The translations under genes were made by a program, and so were the position numbers. The notes below the pieces were generated by a model. That model searched no databases, had not been told where the DNA came from, and saw only the letters and a program-made list of their open reading frames with translations. 64,000 nucleotides of DNA from Clostridiales bacterium (GTDB lineage: Bacteria > Bacillota > Clostridia > Saccharofermentanales > DTU023): NCBI GenBank assembly GCA_028724525.1, contig JAQYCV010000014.1, forward strand, positions 11,164 through 75,163, given 5' to 3'. Shown here one piece after another: positions 60,590 to 64,000 of the stretch (position 1 is the first letter of the stretch; the number at the start of each line of letters is the position of its first letter).

Positions 60590-63030
60590 TGGATAAGCTA
60601 TTGCCAATCAAATTTTTTGAGAAGAGAAAAATTGACGAGCAACTTACAGAAGCCGGTGGTAATAATGAGCCTCCCAAGTGGGTCTTGAAAGATGGGGAAC
60701 TCGCTGCTCACTCTCAGCATCTTACAATCGGTCTATCAAAGGTTGCCGCCAATTTCGAGATACATAAAAATGAGGAACATGCACTTCCAATGGTTATGAC
60801 CACAGCCGTAACCGAGGAAGCTCTCGCAAAGACTCATAGAAAAGCTATCGTTGATCTTCTCAATAGTGACAGCAACGCCAACGTTATAGGTATTGAGCCT
60901 GATAGAAAACTGAAATCCGAAACCGCAGCTGTTGATTCATTCCGTATGGAGCCCAAGAAGGAAGAACCAAAAGAAACAAGAAAGCTACTATCCATTGTAG
61001 CAACGGACGAACTGATTTCAAATATCAACAGGGCCTTGCAGGATACGAAAGGCTCTGCAAAGATCATTTCTTCGATTGCTGATATCGAGCCTTTTGAAGC
61101 GTGGATTGGTGATTATAATCCGGAAAACAAAGCCTATCGTGTGGTACTGATTAATTATCAGGATGCTCACAGGAATCAGTTAGCCCAGACGTTGTTTAAG
61201 AATCAATGTGCTGCACATGGAATTACAATCGACAGAGAAACACGGTATTCATCTGACATGAGACTATATAGGGTTAGTCTTGATTGTCTGGAAGAAATGG
61301 AGACCGTTCGTAATTTTGAGGGTGTCCAATCTATTGAAGAAGCGATACCAATTCGTGCGGATCTGGATTCATTTGATGCTATGTCCGTTCCTGCGGTAAA
61401 ACGTCCTGTTGAAGGAAAAAAATATCCTGTTGTTGGTGTCCTTGACAGCGGCATTCAGAAAAACGGATATCTTTCCCCCTGGCTTCTTAGTCAGTCTGAA
61501 GAATATTACGAAGCGAGTCTGCAGGACAAAAGCCACGGTTCAATAGTTGCTTCTATTCTGGAATATAGCGATGAGTTAAATAATACGGATTATTCTTCTA
61601 CAGATGGGGTGATGATGCTTGAGGCTGTAATCGCTCCTAATCTAAAGAAAGAGAATGTGTATCCTGAAGATTTGATAGACAATGTCCGTGACGCAATCGA
61701 GCGTCACCCGGATATAAAGATTTGGACGATGTCTGCAGGAACGACCGAAGAATGCGATACCAATTCTTTCTCAGAATACGGTATGGCACTGGACAACATA
61801 GAAGATGAAAACCATGTGCTGATCATTAAATCGGTCGGAAACAGTACGGCTTTTATGAATGGAGGCACTGAGAGGGTTTCCAAAATGGCGGACTCAGTGC
61901 GGTCTATCATTGTTGGGTCTATTGCAAATGCGAAAGGTAAATACGATTTTGCAGAAATTGATATGCCTTCTCCGTTCAGCAGAAAAGGCCCTGGACCCTC
62001 ATATATCATAAAGCCAGACCTTGTTGCTTATGGTGGTAACGCAGGTAAGCTCCCTGATGGCAGAATGACAACAACTGGAGTTAAGGCATTCGATGCTTCC
62101 GGTATTCCAACAAATGCGCCAGGCACCAGTTTTTCCACGCCTTGGGTAGCACGGATTGCTGCGGAATTAGATTTCCTTTTGGATGGCGATTTTGATCCAC
62201 TGCTAATAAAAGCCCTTATGATCCATAATTCCGTATATCCTGCCGGAGATAAGATGACAATGGACGATAAGAAGAAATACATGGGTTTCGGTATGCCCAA
62301 GGGGACGGGAGATATACTTTATAATTCGGAAAATGAGATAACGCTTGTTCTGAGGGACACTCTACAAAAGGGAATGTTTATTGATGTTCTCGATTTTCCA
62401 TTTGCTGATAGCCTGATTGGATCTGATGGCAGATATCATGGACAGATAACAGTTACAATGGTAAGCGCACCAATTTTGAGATCATCTGAGGCTGCAGAAT
62501 ATTGCCAGTCGAATATCAACGTTGCCTTCGGAACAATGGAAGATATACAGGAGAGGGATACAACTAAGCGAACCGTTAGAAATCCTTATGGTGCTAAGGA
62601 TGCAAAAAATATTATTCAAGACAGCCTTTACAGTAGCAAAGTTTTTGATGTGTTGGAAGGAGAGGTTTTCGGTAGAGAACGCACCCTTCTGAAACTTGGA
62701 CAGAAGTACTATCCCGTAAAGAAATATGCAGTTAATCTGGATGAGATGACGGAAGCTAACCGCAGAAATTATCTGGATGGCAGCAGGAAATGGTACATGA
62801 AGGTTGAGGGCCTTTTCAGAGATGCGGTCGAGCGAGAGGCAAGAGATACCGGAGAAGTGCTTGAGCAGGAATTTTGTATCCTTCTGACTATCCGAGATCC
62901 AGAAGGAAAGGCTCCTGTTTATAATGAGGTTACACAGCAATTGCAGCAGAGAGGTTTCGTTTATTCGAATGTACGTCTCAAGAATGAAGTCAGAGAACAT
63001 GTTCACATTGAGGAGGACAGCATAGGGTGA
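60589..63030 (+). CDS. S8 (subtilisin-like) serine peptidase with large unassigned N- and C-terminal regions; IetS-like
   Basis: Catalytic triad contexts YPVVGVLDSGI (Asp), KSHGSIVASIL (His) and APGTSFSTPWVARIAAEL (Ser). No signal peptide. The start overlaps the ATPase stop (TAATG). Confidence 0.85.
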   Translation: MDKLLPIKFFEKRKIDEQLTEAGGNNEPPKWVLKDGELAAHSQHLTIGLSKVAANFEIHKNEEHALPMVMTTAVTEEALAKTHRKAIVDLLNSDSNANVIGIEPDRKLKSETAAVDSFRMEPKKEEPKETRKLLSIVATDELISNINRALQDTKGSAKIISSIADIEPFEAWIGDYNPENKAYRVVLINYQDAHRNQLAQTLFKNQCAAHGITIDRETRYSSDMRLYRVSLDCLEEMETVRNFEGVQSIEEAIPIRADLDSFDAMSVPAVKRPVEGKKYPVVGVLDSGIQKNGYLSPWLLSQSEEYYEASLQDKSHGSIVASILEYSDELNNTDYSSTDGVMMLEAVIAPNLKKENVYPEDLIDNVRDAIERHPDIKIWTMSAGTTEECDTNSFSEYGMALDNIEDENHVLIIKSVGNSTAFMNGGTERVSKMADSVRSIIVGSIANAKGKYDFAEIDMPSPFSRKGPGPSYIIKPDLVAYGGNAGKLPDGRMTTTGVKAFDASGIPTNAPGTSFSTPWVARIAAELDFLLDGDFDPLLIKALMIHNSVYPAGDKMTMDDKKKYMGFGMPKGTGDILYNSENEITLVLRDTLQKGMFIDVLDFPFADSLIGSDGRYHGQITVTMVSAPILRSSEAAEYCQSNINVAFGTMEDIQERDTTKRTVRNPYGAKDAKNIIQDSLYSSKVFDVLEGEVFGRERTLLKLGQKYYPVKKYAVNLDEMTEANRRNYLDGSRKWYMKVEGLFRDAVEREARDTGEVLEQEFCILLTIRDPEGKAPVYNEVTQQLQQRGFVYSNVRLKNEVREHVHIEEDSIG

Positions 63031-63440
63031 TATCCAAGCAGCGGGAAGCATATCGCATAACGAACTCGGAATGTGATAAAGTCAATTACGAACTTACCGA
63101 GTCTGAGGTTCTGAATCTTTATTATTCAGAGCCTCGACTTGCTGTGCTTATGGATCTTGATGTCATCCGTTTGATAGACCGCCATCTTGTAGTAAATCTG
63201 AAAGAGTTTATTACTCCCAAAACAAATCATCTGACGGCACATGCAAGAAGACACATTTCTAATTGTTGCGTAGGGATTCATTATATAAATGAGTTTGAGA
63301 GCCAACCGCTTTCTGTAACTATAAATGGTGCGTACAGATATTTATACACGGTCTTATATAAAGGGACAATCGAAGAGTGCAATGTATATTTGCGTTCTCA
63401 GAAATTGCAGGAGTTTAAGTTGCGTGAAAAAATGGCTTAG
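63027..63440 (+). CDS. Hypothetical 137-aa protein, translationally coupled to the protease gene
   Basis: The GTG start overlaps the protease stop (GTGA at 63027-63030), with GAGGAGG 10 nt upstream. It is followed by the only strong terminator of the operon. No recognisable motif, and no signal or TM segment. Confidence 0.55.
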   Translation: MISKQREAYRITNSECDKVNYELTESEVLNLYYSEPRLAVLMDLDVIRLIDRHLVVNLKEFITPKTNHLTAHARRHISNCCVGIHYINEFESQPLSVTINGAYRYLYTVLYKGTIEECNVYLRSQKLQEFKLREKMA

Positions 63441-63475
63441 TATATATAAGCGATAACGATATAAAGAATTGGCAA

Positions 63476-63510
63476 AGGCCAGGGATAAAAAGTCCCTGGC
63501 CTATTTTTTT
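63476..63510 (+). terminator. Rho-independent terminator of the ATPase/protease/small-gene operon
   Basis: AGGCCAGGGA-TAAAAAG-TCCCTGGCCT is a perfect 10-bp stem followed by 7 T. Confidence 0.85.
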
Positions 63511-63707
63511 GCTTTTTAGGACATTATTAATGTCCCTTGAGAAAGCCAAGTATTATGTGGAAACAGGCGGCATAAGCAATTATGACATTTTTAGAAAACC
63601 TACATTTTACAGGCGTTTTGAGGGCGTGAAGTGACATTTTAAATGTCTGTTGAATCAAAAGCTGTTCATATATCTTGTTAATAGAAACAGCAATGGAGGT
63701 GAATGAG

Positions 63708-63848
63708 ATGGCAAGAAACAGTAAGCAGACTTCAAGACCTGTTGCTTCTAAGGAAAGCAAGATTTTGAAGGACGGACGCTATGGCAAAGACTCAAAGTCG
63801 GTAGCCGGAAGTGCTTTAGCACAGACCAGACCTGGAAAGAAAAAATAA
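63708..63848 (+). CDS. Candidate small basic protein (46 aa), below ORF-track cutoff
   Basis: Own reading: GGAGGTGAATGAG precedes the ATG at 63708. Translation is MARNSKQTSRPVASKESKILKDGRYGKDSKSVAGSALAQTRPGKKK, with TAA at 63846-63848. Support is only the strong RBS and the open frame. Confidence 0.4.
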   Translation: MARNSKQTSRPVASKESKILKDGRYGKDSKSVAGSALAQTRPGKKK

Positions 63849-64000
63849 GGTCACTTAATTTATGGGCGGTGACAGATTAGATAATCAGCCCGCCCGTTCC
63901 CTTAGGGGAAAATTCCCAAATTAAATCTCTTAGTCCGAATAGCGCTATAAGGGCGGAGGGATGCATAGGAGTTCAATGCACAGTAATAAAAGCTGTGTTT

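Larger units (their letters stand above)
53060..64000. mobile_element. Integrative genomic island (serine-recombinase type), partial; left junction at or near the 3' end of the rRNA methyltransferase gene, right end beyond the window
   Basis: There is an abrupt composition change. My single-line counts give 44/60 G+C at 52861-52920 versus 16/60 at 56161-56220. A large serine recombinase gene lies at 53920-55482, the cargo is accessory-type, and internal blocks differ in composition. No attR could be looked for because the element runs off the window. Confidence 0.65.

Noticed and set aside
63527-63760. Track ORF 63527-63760 (minus strand, 77 aa).
   Set aside because: It has no RBS, spans the palindromic operator-like sites and overlaps the start of the better-supported plus-strand small ORF. 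The peptide is hydrophobic and low-complexity.

Overview
This is a bacterial chromosomal window in two compositional parts. All calls come from reading the ORF translations and the DNA by eye; no searches or computations were run, and family assignments rest on remembered motifs.

(1) Positions 1 to about 53,060 are G+C-rich, densely coding core genome of a Firmicutes-like organism (SRP-RNA/dnaX/ybaB/recR synteny). In order, it holds:
- a partial Cof-type HAD hydrolase and a ~128-bp intergenic tandem repeat (about 3.5 copies)
- a minus-strand mglBAC-galK-galM galactose operon
- a speD-speA-speE-speB polyamine operon, plus a second carboxy(nor)spermidine dehydrogenase/decarboxylase route
- a CAP-domain protein, pepD and pyk
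- lon co-transcribed with an 842-aa YjgR/HerA-like P-loop protein
- the arcABC arginine deiminase pathway and a five-gene peptide ABC importer
- a small-membrane-protein/FtsX/ABC module, an NMT1-type ABC importer and an acyl-CoA ligase
- a repeat-rich non-coding stretch and an orphan DinJ-like antitoxin
- xth, a TrkAH-type K+ uptake pair, OsmC, an alpha-amylase and a RumA/RlmD-type rRNA methyltransferase

(2) From about 53,060 to 64,000, continuing past the window edge, lies an abruptly AT-rich, mosaic integrative island abutting the 3' end of the rRNA methyltransferase gene. It carries a large serine recombinase, a 5'-truncated MarR gene and a redox/detox cargo block. It also carries a tightly coupled three-gene operon (AAA+ ATPase, S8 subtilase, 137-aa protein) behind a promoter overlaid by four direct repeats at ~20-bp spacing. 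That operon, IetAS-like but with extra parts, is my best candidate for the unusual system.
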